In this document: piece by piece, positions 25,780-37,454 of the stretch | Position numbering within the stretch: the stretch's first letter is position 1 | How the letters are laid out: every line of letters starts with the position of its first letter | DNA from: Negaprion brevirostris | Taxonomy: Eukaryota | Length of the DNA: 64,000 bases | Direction: 5' to 3' | NCBI GenBank assembly: GCA_030324005.1 | Contig: JARDVH010000160.1 | Span: 16,836,705-16,900,704 of the forward strand | Notes under the pieces: generated by a model | What the model was told of the DNA's origin: nothing | The model's input: the letters and a program-made list of their open reading frames with translations, nothing else | Databases searched by the model: none | Translations under genes and position numbers: made by a program

Positions 25780-26090
25780 ACAGACCATTTTCCCAACAGA
25801 TCCACGTCAGTGCTCACGCTCCTTTCAAGCCTTCGCCCATCCCTAACCCTATCAACATACCTTTTTAATTCCTTTCTTCTGTCATGCTCATCACGTTTTC
25901 CCTCAGTACATCAATGCACAATATTTGTCTCATGTACTCACTACAGTAACAAGTTCAATATTCATATCACTTTCTGGGTAAAGAAACATCCCCCAGATTT
26001 CCTGTTGAATTTATCAGCAATGATTATGCAATTCTTATTCCTAGTCCTGGCACACATAAGGACATAGCCTTACATCTGCCCTATCAGACC
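25780..26090 (-). mobile_element. Old CR1 3' fragment
   Basis: CACTTTCTGGGTAAAGAA reads FFTQKV on the minus strand; CR1 3' UTR-like start. Confidence 0.55.
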
Positions 26091-26709
26091 CGATACTAGA
26101 TGGAGTAGTCATATATCTCATACCTGATTTTTCCATTCCTTGCTACTTACGGCTTACATTCTACACCAATCCTTCCGGGGTACATTTAAAACCAATGTAA
26201 TAATGCTAACCAAGTTGCACCTAAAATTGAAATGGTCCCTGTTAAATCCAACTAAAACACAGTAGCTGGGTTGTCTCCCAGGCTGCCATGACATCAGCAA
26301 TAAAGATATCACCCATCTGAAAATGACATGTTCAAAGTCAGTTTCTAAACATGGCCAAATCATGGATCTCATAAGAATTGTATCAACAAAATACTTTCAC
26401 AAGTTTTCTGCCAGTTTCAGTGCATTTTCTCTCTCAAATAAGCTTTTAGTTGACGTTTGAAAGCAGACAATGGTGAAAGTACCATTCCATAGTCAGATAC
26501 CTGGCATCAGCTCAGTCACAATCATAATCTTGTATCCAGCAAACTACATCACCATCATTCGCCTTTTAAAACAGTTTTTTAACTCCCTTCTCGGAGCCAC
26601 TATGAACATACAACAAATTGAAAAGAAAATTTATTCCTGGTTCTTGGCCAATTCTACAATTAAAGGAATCACCAAGAACATACGAAGATGAGCAGGTCAT
26701 TCAGCCTCT

Positions 26710-27470
26710 TGCTACGGTCAGGTGAGAACTGATAGACTGTCTCCCTTTCCAATCCTCAGCTGACCACAACAATTTTGTTGAAGGATTTGTGCTGCAATTT
26801 TAAAATACACAAACAGACAAGTTTTCTTGTATGTTTTTAAAGTAAAATTGTATTTTATTCCTTAAACTCAATCCAACTAAAATAATAAAAACAGTCCAAT
26901 TGTCTCACATGCAATCAAGAGTTCACACAAACACACACAAAAGTTAAAAAGTTGGAGAATATTTGAAATAGTTTAAGAATACAATAAAAGATCAATTTTC
27001 AATAGACTCTGTAGACCAATGACTTCCAAGGTTTCAGATTGGGCTCAATAGTCTTTCAGGATAATTTAAAGATGTTGACAGACAATGTATTTGCTTCTGA
27101 GGACAGCAGCTATGGGTTAACATTTCAGATGCCATCTATGGCTTGTGGCTGGTCAAAAAAACAGACAGGACACAAGTTTGCAGGACAGCTGGAGAAAGGG
27201 AATGTCAACTCAGGTGTCGGAATTCTACCACCCCACCTAACACAGGAATTGGAGCAGGCGAGGGGTGGCCTCAGGCAGGATCTTCCAGTCTCAAGTCGAG
27301 TGAAGCCATAAAATCCCGCCCAAGGTCTTTCTAGTCTTACTCTGACTGTCCCAGTTTCTCAAAACACATTTCAGTCTTTTTAAATTTATTTAGTGGTTTC
27401 AGGCCACTCAGTAAATAAAATCATTTTCAACACGAAACATGGTTCTATAAGCACTGTTTGGTCTGTCACA
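26710..27470 (-). mobile_element. Solo LTR (761 bp) inserted into a reverse CR1 tail
   Basis: TGCTAC...GTCACA termini; 5-bp flanks CCTCT/CCACT (4/5 match); internal TTTATT; the CR1 tail continues on both sides. Confidence 0.65.
27215..27321. mobile_element. MITE copy 2, nested in the solo LTR
   Basis: GTCGGAATTCTACC ... ATAAAATCCCGCCC imperfect terminal inverted repeats; opposite orientation to 17565 and 29593. Confidence 0.6.
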
Positions 27471-27894
27471 CCACTCAATCAGATCTTGGCTCCTCTATAT
27501 CTGTAATGTACGTATCCAACTTTCTTCTATACCCCTTGACTTTCATATCGAATAAAAATATTGATCTCAATCTTTTATGATCTCACGGATTTTTGATAGA
27601 GAAAGGTCCCTACTTTCATTCTTGAATGGCTGACCTCAGGTGTTAAGCTTACATCATCATATTCTGGATTTTCCCATAGTTTTTCTGTATCTAGCCTCAA
27701 ATGATCAGATTAAAGTCTTCAATTAGAATACCGCTCAAATTTCACACTCACATGGAAAACAAGCTAAGGTCATGCAACCTTTCCTTTAACTTTCTGCATA
27801 TTATCCTCAATATTAATCATATTCTGCATTTAAAATGAGAAAGGAAAGATTGTGGATTCTACTGTAAACATTACCTTCAACTCCTGACATTAAG

Positions 27895-28790
27895 TTTTAT
27901 TACAGCTGTACAGGCCACTGATGAGACCACATGTGGAGAGCTGTACAGGCCGTTCTTGAGACCACATGTGGAGTTGTGTGTACAAATTTTGTCTCCTTAG
28001 TTACAAAAAGGTAATAACTGCATCAGAAGCAGTTCTGAGAAGGTTCACTCAACTGATTCCTGGAATGAAGGGGTCATCTTGCAAGGAAAGGTTGAGCTTG
28101 TATCTGTAGGAGTTTAGAAGAATGAGAGATAATCTTGTTGAAACATTTATGATCTTGAAGGAGCAAGATGTGTGGATGCTGAGAGAACGTTTCTCCCTGT
28201 GGGAGTGACATTAACTGTGGAACACAGTTTAAAAATTAGGATTTTTGCACATTAAGACATAGATGAGGAGATATATTTTTGCTCTCAGGGCATCGTTAAT
28301 CTGGGGAATTCTTTTCCCTAGAAAATAGTGAAGTAAAGATTATTGAAAATTTTAAGGCCAAATTAGATAGCTTATTGATTGACAAGGATACAGGGAAGAG
28401 AGGAAAGTAGACTTGAGGCCACAATCAGATCACTCACAAACTTATCAAATGATATCACTTATCATCTTCTTCCATCAGGAAAGAAGTACAAAAGTCTGAG
28501 GTCACATAACAACTGACTCAGGAACAGCTTCTTGCCTGCTGCTGTTAGACTTTTGAATGGACTTACCTTGCGTTGAGTTGATCTTTTTCTACACCCTAGC
28601 TATAACTGTAATATTACATTCTGCACTCTCTCGTTTCCTTCTCTATGCATGGTATGCTTTGTCTTTATAGCGCGCAAGAAACAATACTTTTCACTGCACG
28701 TTAATACATGTGACAATAATAAATCAAATCAAATCAAAATGGCAGAATATGCTCATTGGACTGAAAGGTCTATTCCTTCTCCTAATTTGT
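27895..28790 (+). mobile_element. CR1 3' fragment, interrupted by Rex1 at 28452-28740
   Basis: LQLYRPLMRPHVE...EAVLRRFTQLIPGMKG; the tail resumes at 28741. Confidence 0.85.
28452..28740 (+). mobile_element. Rex1/Babar LINE 3' end
   Basis: LLPSGKKYKSLRSHNN*LRNSFLPAAVRLLNG and a (TCAAA)n tail. Confidence 0.85.
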
Positions 28791-28849
28791 TTGTTTATAC
28801 TCTGATGAATTTGCACTGTAAACCTGAAGAAGGCTCGTCTCAGTCCTGC

Positions 28850-29423
28850 TAAAGGAATTGAGTATAAAAGTATTGCTATGTTGCTGCAACTGTACAAGGC
28901 ATTAGTGAGACCTCACCTGGAGTACTGTGCACAGTTTTGGTCCACTTACTTGAGGGGGAATGTAGTTGCATTGGAGACACTTCAAAAGAAGTTTATTAGA
29001 TTGATTCCAGAATGGAGAGATTTGTTTTATGAAGAGAGATTGAGCAATTTAGGCCAATACGCTCAGATCTAATTGAAATTATAAAGATGATTGACACAGT
29101 AGATATAGAGATGATGTTTCCACGTGGGCAATTTAGACAGAGGTCATGGTTTTAGAAGAAGATGTAGCAGATTTAAAACAAGGCAAAATTATTTCTCTCA
29201 GAGGGTCGTAAACTTGTGGAATTCACTATCCTGCAGCACGGTGAATGCCGGGACATTGAGCAAATTTGAGGAGATAGATTTTTAATTAGTAATGGGTTGA
29301 AGGGTTATAGAGAATAAACAGGAAAGTGGAGTTGAGGCAGAGATGTGATCAGCCATGATTGTGCTGAATGGCGGAGCAGGTTCAAGGGGCTGAATTGCCT
29401 ATTCCTGCTCTTAGTTCTTATGA
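28850..29423 (+). mobile_element. CR1 3' fragment
   Basis: MLLQLYKALVRPHLEYCAQFWS; tail TGCCTATTCCTGCTCTTAGTTCTTATG. Confidence 0.9.
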
Positions 29424-29592
29424 CTGATTACAGGTTCTACACCACTGAAGCATCACTTCCTTGAGATAAAAATCAACATTTCATTGTTGCTAAGTCTTTA
29501 GACCTTTGCACTAGATTGTAGTGATGTGTGTGCACAATCACCTACACTCCATTGTTCTTCCACAGCTCACACAGTCTTGCCACAGAGAATAT

Positions 29593-29716
29593 AAGTGGGA
29601 TTTTACAGCCTCTCTCGAGCGAGACCGGAAATTCCCACCCGAGATCATCGGACATTTTCGTTGTCTGCTTCCTTGCCCACTCCAATTCCATGGCGGGCAA
29701 GGCATTAGAGTTTCGG
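29593..29716. mobile_element. MITE copy 3
   Basis: GTGGGATTTTACAGCC...CTCCAATTCCATGGCGGGC...AGAGTTTCGG; CpG-rich relative to its flanks. Confidence 0.55.
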
Positions 29717-29749
29717 TGTATATTCTAGTTTGTCTTTTTAGATCCAATT

Positions 29750-29980
29750 CAATTAACTCTCACTGCCAAAGTTTTGCCCAGCGCTGCTAATTTAGTGCAG
29801 TCTGCAAACTGTTGTTCTTTCATCCAAATCACTATACATGATAAAAAGCTGAGACCTCAGTGTAGAGTCATTGGAAACAGCACTTGTCACACCCTTTATC
29901 AGAGAATTAACCATTTATCATCACTCTGCTACCTCCCAACCAATTACCTACTTAAGTCACAAGGTTACCTGCAATCGATC
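29750..29980 (-). mobile_element. Old CR1 RT fragment
   Basis: TAATTTAGTGCAGTCTGCAAA reads FADCTKL on the minus strand. Confidence 0.55.
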
Positions 29981-30424
29981 TTTAAGTGATCAAATTAGAC
30001 TGTGAGAAAATGCTCAGCATTCATAGAGAAATAAATATTTACTCTGTTTCTGTTTGAACTGAGGCTGATTTGCTATTTTCACCATTTTCTCTTTTTATTT
30101 CAAATTTTCAGCATTGGAGTATTTTGTTTTTGTAAAATTAACGTAAGCTGATTTCCTATTACTTTCTCCCCTCTCTATCCTGCTCAGCACCTCTACCAAC
30201 TGACATGCAAACTCTGTTAATGAAACAAACTCTTGTCTTGCAACAACAAACTGCGATACTTTGCACCAGACCTACCACAGCATAAAATAGAACAAATTAA
30301 AATAGAACCATGTGCCCTTATTTAGTCATTGTTGTGTTAGCACATATTTGCAATAAAAATAAGGAGCTGCAATGTGGCAGTAGCCGGTTCCCTGAAACAT
30401 TTTACGCATTGGTGATTTAAAAAT

Positions 30425-31448
30425 AAATTTGTCCATGGGATCCAGATGTCACTGGCTAGATTAGCATTTATTTCCCATCCCGAATTGGCTTCGAGAAGGT
30501 GATGGCGAGCTCTTTTGAACTGCTGCAATCCATACATTATAGGAACACCCAAAGTGTTTTAGAAAGCGAATTCTAGGATTTTGAGGGAATGACAGTGAAG
30601 GAACAGTGATATAGTTCCAAGTCAGGATGGTGTGTTGCTTGGAAGGGAACTTGAAGGTGATGATGCTTCCATGCACCTGCTGCTCTTGTCCTTCTTGGTG
30701 TTGGAGATGGCGGGTTTGGGAGATGCTTTCGAAGGAAGTTTGAGGAGTTCCTGCAGCACACCTCGTTGATGGTACACGCTTCTGCCATTGTGTGTCGGTG
30801 GCAGAGGGACTGAATGTTTTGGAAAGGGTGCTAATCAACTAGGCTGCTTTGTTCTAGATGGTGTTGAGCGCCTGCAGTCAACTAAGAAAGTGAAGATTAT
30901 TTCATTACACATGTGCCTTGTGGATGGCGGGCATGGTTTTCAGGAATCAGGAGATAAGTTACTCACCAAAATTCCCAATCTCTGACTGGCTCCTGTAGCC
31001 ACAGTAATTATATGACTGGCTGAGTTCAGTTTCTGGTCAATGCTAAGTGTAGGATTCAGCGGTGGCAATGCCATGGGGAGATAGTTGGATTCTGTCCAGT
31101 TAGCAACGATCATTGCCTTGTGCTTGCATGTCGCGAATGCTACTTGCTACTTATCAGCCCAAGACTGCTTCTTGTGGAAATGGACGGATTCAGCATCCAA
31201 GGAGTTGCAAACGATGTGAACATTGCACAATCATCAACAGCACTGCCAATTCTGAACTTATGATGGACAGAAGGTCATTGACGAAGCAGATAACGGGCAT
31301 AAGACACTATCCTGAAGATCTCCTGCAGGGATGTATCAGAGCGCAGCTGACTGACCTCCAACCACCGTGACTATTTTCCTTCAGCTAGGTTTGATTTAAC
31401 CAATGGAGTTTTCCCCTGATTGCCACTGCCTTCAGTTTTTCTAGGGTT
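30425..31448 (-). mobile_element. Family B LINE 3' fragment
   Basis: Reverse tail ATGGGATCCAGATGTCACTGGCTAG...TTCCCATCCCGAATTG; collinear with the 310 element. Confidence 0.8.
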
Positions 31449-31895
31449 NNNNNNNNNNNNNNNNNNNNNNNNNNNNNNNNNNNNNNNNNNNNNNNNNNNN
31501 NNNNNNNNNNNNNNNNNNNNNNNNNNNNNNNNNNNNNNNNNNNNNNNNATGGGCAGAAGGTGAGGATAATGGCATTTGAATGGCCTTTAATCTCGAAACT
31601 TGATTCACACTGAAAATCAAACTGATAGATAAAGCTCTATTTATACACATGTTGGTAAATCAGCCACAACCAAAATAACTGGAATAATCCTGACAATTGG
31701 ACATGTTACATAAGACTGGCATAGAAAGTAAAAAACATTCGCATAGTAAGGGGCACTGAAACCAGGAAACTTCCTGCTGTATAGAACAGAGCTTCACTTT
31801 ACATCTAACTGTACTATATCTGCCCTAAGAGTGCTTTATGTTAATAAGGGGAAGACGTTATAAAAATGCAAATTGCTATAATCCCTTGTGCTCAC

Positions 31896-32699
31896 TGTTA
31901 CGGTACGAGATTACAAACCCCGGGGTATATCATGAAGTTAGACTAGACCCCAACTATGTGCTATTTTGGCACTGTGAGGATAAGATGTTTCACTCCAGGT
32001 ATGACTCTCTTGACACACTAGGAAGCTTTTATCAAAACAAACCTTATCTAACAATAGTTAATTGTAACAAATGAATTAGCTTAACATTTACCAATTGAAC
32101 AATATTTAAACATGACAAGAAACAGTTCTTAACTGCTAACCTATCTCCATGAGTTCCAATTCATGGAATATGCCTCTTACAGGCTTAAAATTCCTCTTCA
32201 AAATCAGTTAGTAAACCCCAAGCTCACGTACTTCTATTTGTTAACAGTTCTAGAGTCTTCTGAACACCCCTCGAGAGCAAGAGTGAGAGCAAATGCGAGA
32301 TACCTGTTTCTAACAGCTCCAAGCAGCAACTCCAGCAGAGAGACACAGAAAGACACCTCTTGCTTCTTTCAGGACCAGGCAGAAACTGATTGTTTTAAAA
32401 TAAAACAATCAGTTCCCTGCAAACTTAGCTCCTCCCATTAGTACCTGAGTCTATCCCTTGTCAATCAATCAAAATCCTACTCTGAAACCCCAAGGGAAAC
32501 CTGAGTAAACACAAATGCATTAACTCTGTTTAGACAAACACACCATCAGCTAAAATCAGTCATTATCCTGCATTCTCAACATCTGAACTGAGTGTTGCCC
32601 AGACAAATCAGCACCATGTCAAATAGAGCTGAATTTTAAATATACCCCTCACAAGGAACATGATAACAAAACATTTCTTAAAGGCACAGTATCATCACA
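31896..32699 (-). mobile_element. Solo LTR (804 bp)
   Basis: TGTTACG...CATCACA termini; flanks CTCAC/CTCTC (4/5 match). Orientation is tentative. Confidence 0.7.
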
Positions 32700-34124
32700 C
32701 TCTCAGACTCAAATGTTAAACCAAATGTGATTTTAGACAATTATTTATTTATCTCCTGTTGAAGAAGGGTCTATTTAGGATAATATTTCTCCCAAAATTA
32801 GACGACAGAGAAAAATTTTACACAATGTGTCAACATATAGTATTGTTGCTCGAGTCTCCAAATGAATTAAGAGATATTAAAGGCAAGACATTTTCAATGT
32901 TCATTATTGCTTTTACTTGATTTCTGAAATTTGTTCAGACTAAACAATACTGTTAGCGTTTGGTCTATGTACTTCATGTGAAATTCTTTACCTGAAAATA
33001 ATGTCTTATTTCAAGAAACTGTTTTGTTTCAAGTGACAGCTCCAGTTATGGAGAAAGTTTGTTCAGGATTCTACACAGCTCATCTGTACTTTTGCATTTA
33101 TTTTAAAATAAGAGTATCTTGTGTTCCATAATATGTGCTTCATAGCTATTTGAGTATAACCAAGTTGCACTAACTGATTTAGCTTGTATGACCACTATTT
33201 AGTTGGGTGGTATTTTCCACCATACAATTGACTGAAACAGCGTCCCAATTTAAACTCTTAATAAATTTATCATAAATCACAGTTAATTAGATCCTAGTTA
33301 AAACAGGGCTAGAAAGATGTAGGCTTGAGAGGTGTGAATATTAGGATAAGCCTGTTGGGTTACATGTCCATTTCAGTGCTGGAAATTTTATATAACTATC
33401 TCAGTAAGGAAAGAAAGCTGAAGCTCAGATATCAGATCATAAAAAACATGGTCTGTTTCAAGAAAACATCAGGATAATTGCATGAGAAAACCCAACTTTT
33501 CTCTACAGTATGTCCTTATTGTCCATGTTTTCCGACTCATGGATTTCTACTGCCTCCTCGCTACTGCATTGGTCTAAATAAAGCAAAATTAAAACAGCCT
33601 ATGCTACAGCATCACACAACAGCAATCAATGTAAAAAGGAATCGCAAGTATGTTTGACATCATCAGGACAATCTTGAATAATTTACACCAAGCAGACTAT
33701 TATTTGTATAATATATCACTGGGATAAGCATTAACAAATAGAAATAAAAATGGCTACCCAGAGCACTTGACAATTTTTTAAAAGGAGAGTTTAAGTCAGC
33801 TGAAGGTAGTAAATTAGTGAAGTTGGAAGTAGTTATCAAATTTGATAATATTTGCCAGGAGGTGGGCACTGGCTGGTAAAAAACACCAGGTCTCCTTTAA
33901 ATTGTGGATTTGAGAATGGCCCAAGTTGGTGGGATGAAAGCTTCTTCTCTAAATGTCATTGTATAAAACTGTCCATTATCTGGTATGAATGGAATTGGTA
34001 TTAATGACTCAGAGGCAGTAAGAATGAATGGTGAGGAACTTAAATGCATTTAGATAGTTACCTTTAGTTGAGCTAAATCTTATACTTGGTGTAGCCATAA
34101 TTCAAGCAGGACAATTTTTTTTAA

Positions 34125-35125
34125 ATTTATTCAGTGAATGTGGGCTTCTTTGGCTAGGCTAGCATTCATTGCCTATCATTAATTGCCCTTCAGAAGGTGA
34201 TGGTGAGCTGCCACCTTGTACTGCTGCAGTCCACGTGGTGTAGGTACATTCACAGTGCTGTTAGGATGGTTTTGACGGTGGGTGGGTGGATGGAGGGAAG
34301 GAGTTCCAGAATTCTGACCTCATAGCAGGGAAAGAAGGGCGATATATTTCCAAGCCAGGATGGCAAGTAATTAGGAGGGGAATTTCCAGATGGTTTTGTT
34401 CCCAAGTACCTGCTACCGTTGTCCTTCCAGGTGGTAGTGGTCATAGGTTTGGAAGGTGCTAAAGGAGCCTTAATGAATTATAGATGGCACACGCTGCTGC
34501 CACTGTTGTCAGTGGTGGAGGAAGTGAATGTTTCTGGATGCGGTACCAATCATGAGGGGTGCTTTGTCCTGGATGCTGTCAAGGTTCTTTAGTGTTCATA
34601 GAATCCCTACAGTTCTATGAACACTAAAGAATTTATGAACATTAAAGAAGGAGGCCCATCTAGTCTGCAACAGCCACAATCCCACCCAAATCCTATTGCC
34701 ATAACCCCACATATCTACCTTACTAATCCCTTGACACTAGGGTTAATTTAGTGTGACCAATCCACCTAACCTGCACATCTTTTGATAGTGAGGGGAAACA
34801 TGCAGACATGGGGAGAATGTACAAGCTCCACATAGACAGAGACTCAAGGCCAGAACTGAACCCTAACGTTGTGAGGCAGCAATGCTAACCATTGTGCCAC
34901 TGTGTCACTCCAACTGTTGTTCGAGCTGCAATCATCCAGGAAAGGGGAGACCATTCCATCACACCTAAATCATGCCTTGTGGATTGTGGACAGATTTTTG
35001 GGAGTCAGAANNNNNNNNNNNNNNNNNNNNNNNNNNNNNNNNNNATCTGCTTTTGTAGTCTCAGTATTTGTATGGCTAGTCCAGTTAAGTTTCTGGTCAA
35101 TAGTAACCTCCCAAGGATATTGATA
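34125..35125 (-). mobile_element. Family B LINE 3' fragment split by a V-SINE
   Basis: Reverse tail at ~34135-34190; ORF 34970..35335 contains EVTIDQKLNWTSHTNT...LSTIHKA. Confidence 0.8.
34597..34906 (-). mobile_element. HE1-type V-SINE
   Basis: Reverse complement of the HE1 layout: CATAGAATCCCTACAG...CCAATCCACCTAACCTGCACATCTT...GTGAGGCAGCAATGCTAACC. Confidence 0.9.
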
Positions 35126-35524
35126 AATTCCACACTTTCTATAATCTGGGGCTACTTGAGTTTGATTCAACAGGTGAAAACATTTTTTTTCCCAACTGAT
35201 GTCCCTTAACTTAATGAAAACAAACCTAGTTTTTTTGTCCTTTAGTTTAAAACGTTCACCACGTGAACAATTTGTCGCACTGTTTCTAATTGCAATATGT
35301 TCTATTCTTATTGTAAAAAATGCCCCAAATTGCACAATGTTATGATGAGCAGTTTTTGAGAACTTACAGTAATTGACATAAAATGTTTATAGCACAGACT
35401 TCGTATAACTAATGTTTAATACCTAGTGACAAGTGATACTGACAGGAAATAAAATCACAGCATTGACTTGAATGACAGTATTCTAATTAAGAGGTTCCAA
35501 TAACCTCCATAAAGTATGAAAATG

Positions 35525-35620
35525 AAATAAAATCAAGAAGTGCTGGAAAAACTCAGCAGGTCTGGCAGCATCTGTGGAGAGAAAAACATTTTGAGTCTGT
35601 ATAACTCTTCTTCAGAGCTA
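35525..35620 (-). mobile_element. Second Penelope-like terminus family, with decayed hammerhead motif
   Basis: GCTGGAAAAACTCAGCAGGTCTGGCAGCATCTGTGGAGAG; minus strand reads CTGAAGA-A-GAGT-loop-ACTC-AAAA-TGTT. A related fragment lies at ~15125-15175. Confidence 0.55.
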
Positions 35621-36377
35621 AATGGTCATTACTGGGTCTAATGAATAAGCATGTCTGAACTTCTTTTAAGAGATTCATAACATATAATCAAGAGTTTCAA
35701 GGTGATAATAGTGCAGGAGCTAAGAATATATGCATCATAATATGGCAATGCTGTACCAACGCCTGTGTATTTTCCACCTCAAGGAAAATTGTATTTTCCA
35801 CACAAGGAACTGTTTTGGAAACACTACATACCATAATATGTAACAACCATCATATTAAATCAAAGTATTAATACCTATATGAAAGTTTAGCACCATTAAG
35901 AACAATGGTAGCACATATACCAAAATGTAACATTGCTAAGGTCCTGCATCGTTGTGTAGAAAAAACTCCTTGAACTATAAAAGTTACTGAAAAATAACAA
36001 TGGCCGTTCTCCACAGATTGGTTAAGCACCTCCCCCTACCCCATCCTTAAAAAAAATCTATTTCAGTGATTCAAAGCAGCTATTACTTCCAGATGGTACT
36101 CTGATGGTAGCCTTTAAAAGCAGTTTAACGTGAGCTGTGCCGGCCACTTCACAGCACTGGAAGTTTGAACGTCAGGGAGCTCCTTAAAGGAGGTCGCGAT
36201 GGATATCCGAACATGGGGGAAACGGATACTCGAAATGGCTCTTTAATTCCCTGAATAACTGTTCTTCCTACATGATGCAGTAACTTTCCGTGAACACACA
36301 TTGTATCAGCCTGGAAGTGTCAATCTACGATGTACTCAAACCTCAAGCAACTTCTCCACTCTACATCCTTCACTTAC

Positions 36378-36600
36378 CTTAACTTTTCGCATAAAGTGAA
36401 GAATATAAAGCTTTGCTTTGACTGTATAACGTTTCAGAACCAGGACACCAGTTTCCTCTGCTTTCCAAAAGCTCTTTTTCTCACCGCTTTAGATTTCCTG
36501 TCAAATACGGCAAACATTTTACCGGCTTCGGGGGAAGGGGTGAGAGAGTGGAGCCTATGACTCGCTAAACGCAAGCTGCTTAACTTTCTCAATCATAAAA
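36378..36600 (-). other. Candidate first exon of a minus-strand transcript
   Basis: Strong donor AAG|GTAAGT at 36378/36377; locally more CpG; adjacent to the CCAAT cluster. The start site is a guess. Confidence 0.45.
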
Positions 36601-36609
36601 TACTAACAT

Positions 36610-36905
36610 TTTCTGTTTGAATTGGTGATGAGGCATCTGTTAGGCGTACACAAATAACAACTTCAAATGATATATTTATAATAATTAAAATTTGTAATTG
36701 AGATAACTCCCCTACCTCTACTATAGTAGATGCCTCCATTCACTTCTGGCTCGCCAAGAGTGTTCGAATGTGGGGGCGAGAGATTATAATTGACAATTGT
36801 ATTTACCAATCATTGGCTGGAATCGAAGATCTGTCGCATCCGTACACCAATCATTCCCTGCCCGGGGCAGAGCCTAAACTGTCTGATTGGATACAGAGCC
36901 TCGCA
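36610..36905 (-). promoter_or_regulatory. Putative NF-Y (CCAAT) promoter with GC box and CHR-like elements
   Basis: CCAAT at 36806 and 36847; ATTGG at 36621, 36812 and 36886; GGGGGCG at ~36772; TTTGAA at 36616 (+) and 36662-36667 (-). Confidence 0.55.
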
Positions 36906-37454
36906 CATAGTCTGTGTCAAAATGTAGCAGACCACTAAAACCAGCCTATCAGCAAATAGGGTAAACAGTATGCAACTGAAAAAAAGTCCTACTACATTGC
37001 AGACAAGAAAGTTTTATTGTAATCTATTTATGTTTTATTTAAGGCAGCAAGAAATTTAAGGACCATTAGTGTGCCAGCATTATAGGCCACCTTCATGGCA
37101 TCACTGAATATTGCATTTGCTGCATATATCTGACTCGCAAGAATATGCTAGTTTTAGATACCTCTAAATTAGAACCAATAGCATGATGTTATTTAAAACA
37201 TATGTTTTCAAACAACCTAACTCTGATGAAAATACAAAAATATATTTTGTCTTTCAAAAATACACTGCAATCTATTCAAAGGACACTGTCACAATGTAAA
37301 TATTGTGGTTCTCATCAGATTGTTACACAAATTATAGACTTAGCTTATCTTTATAAAATCTCAAATACATCAGTGCACCAACTCCTGACTGACTTCACCA
37401 TAGTATTGGGTTGGTGTCTAAATTGTGGCAATAGTAAGAGATTATATACCTTAT

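Noticed and set aside
25643-36395. Resemblance of MRKVK and IIVRAITC to SPATA6/SPATA6L N-termini
   Set aside because: The matches are too short, the pieces do not join in a matching frame, and I found no further SPATA6 motifs.
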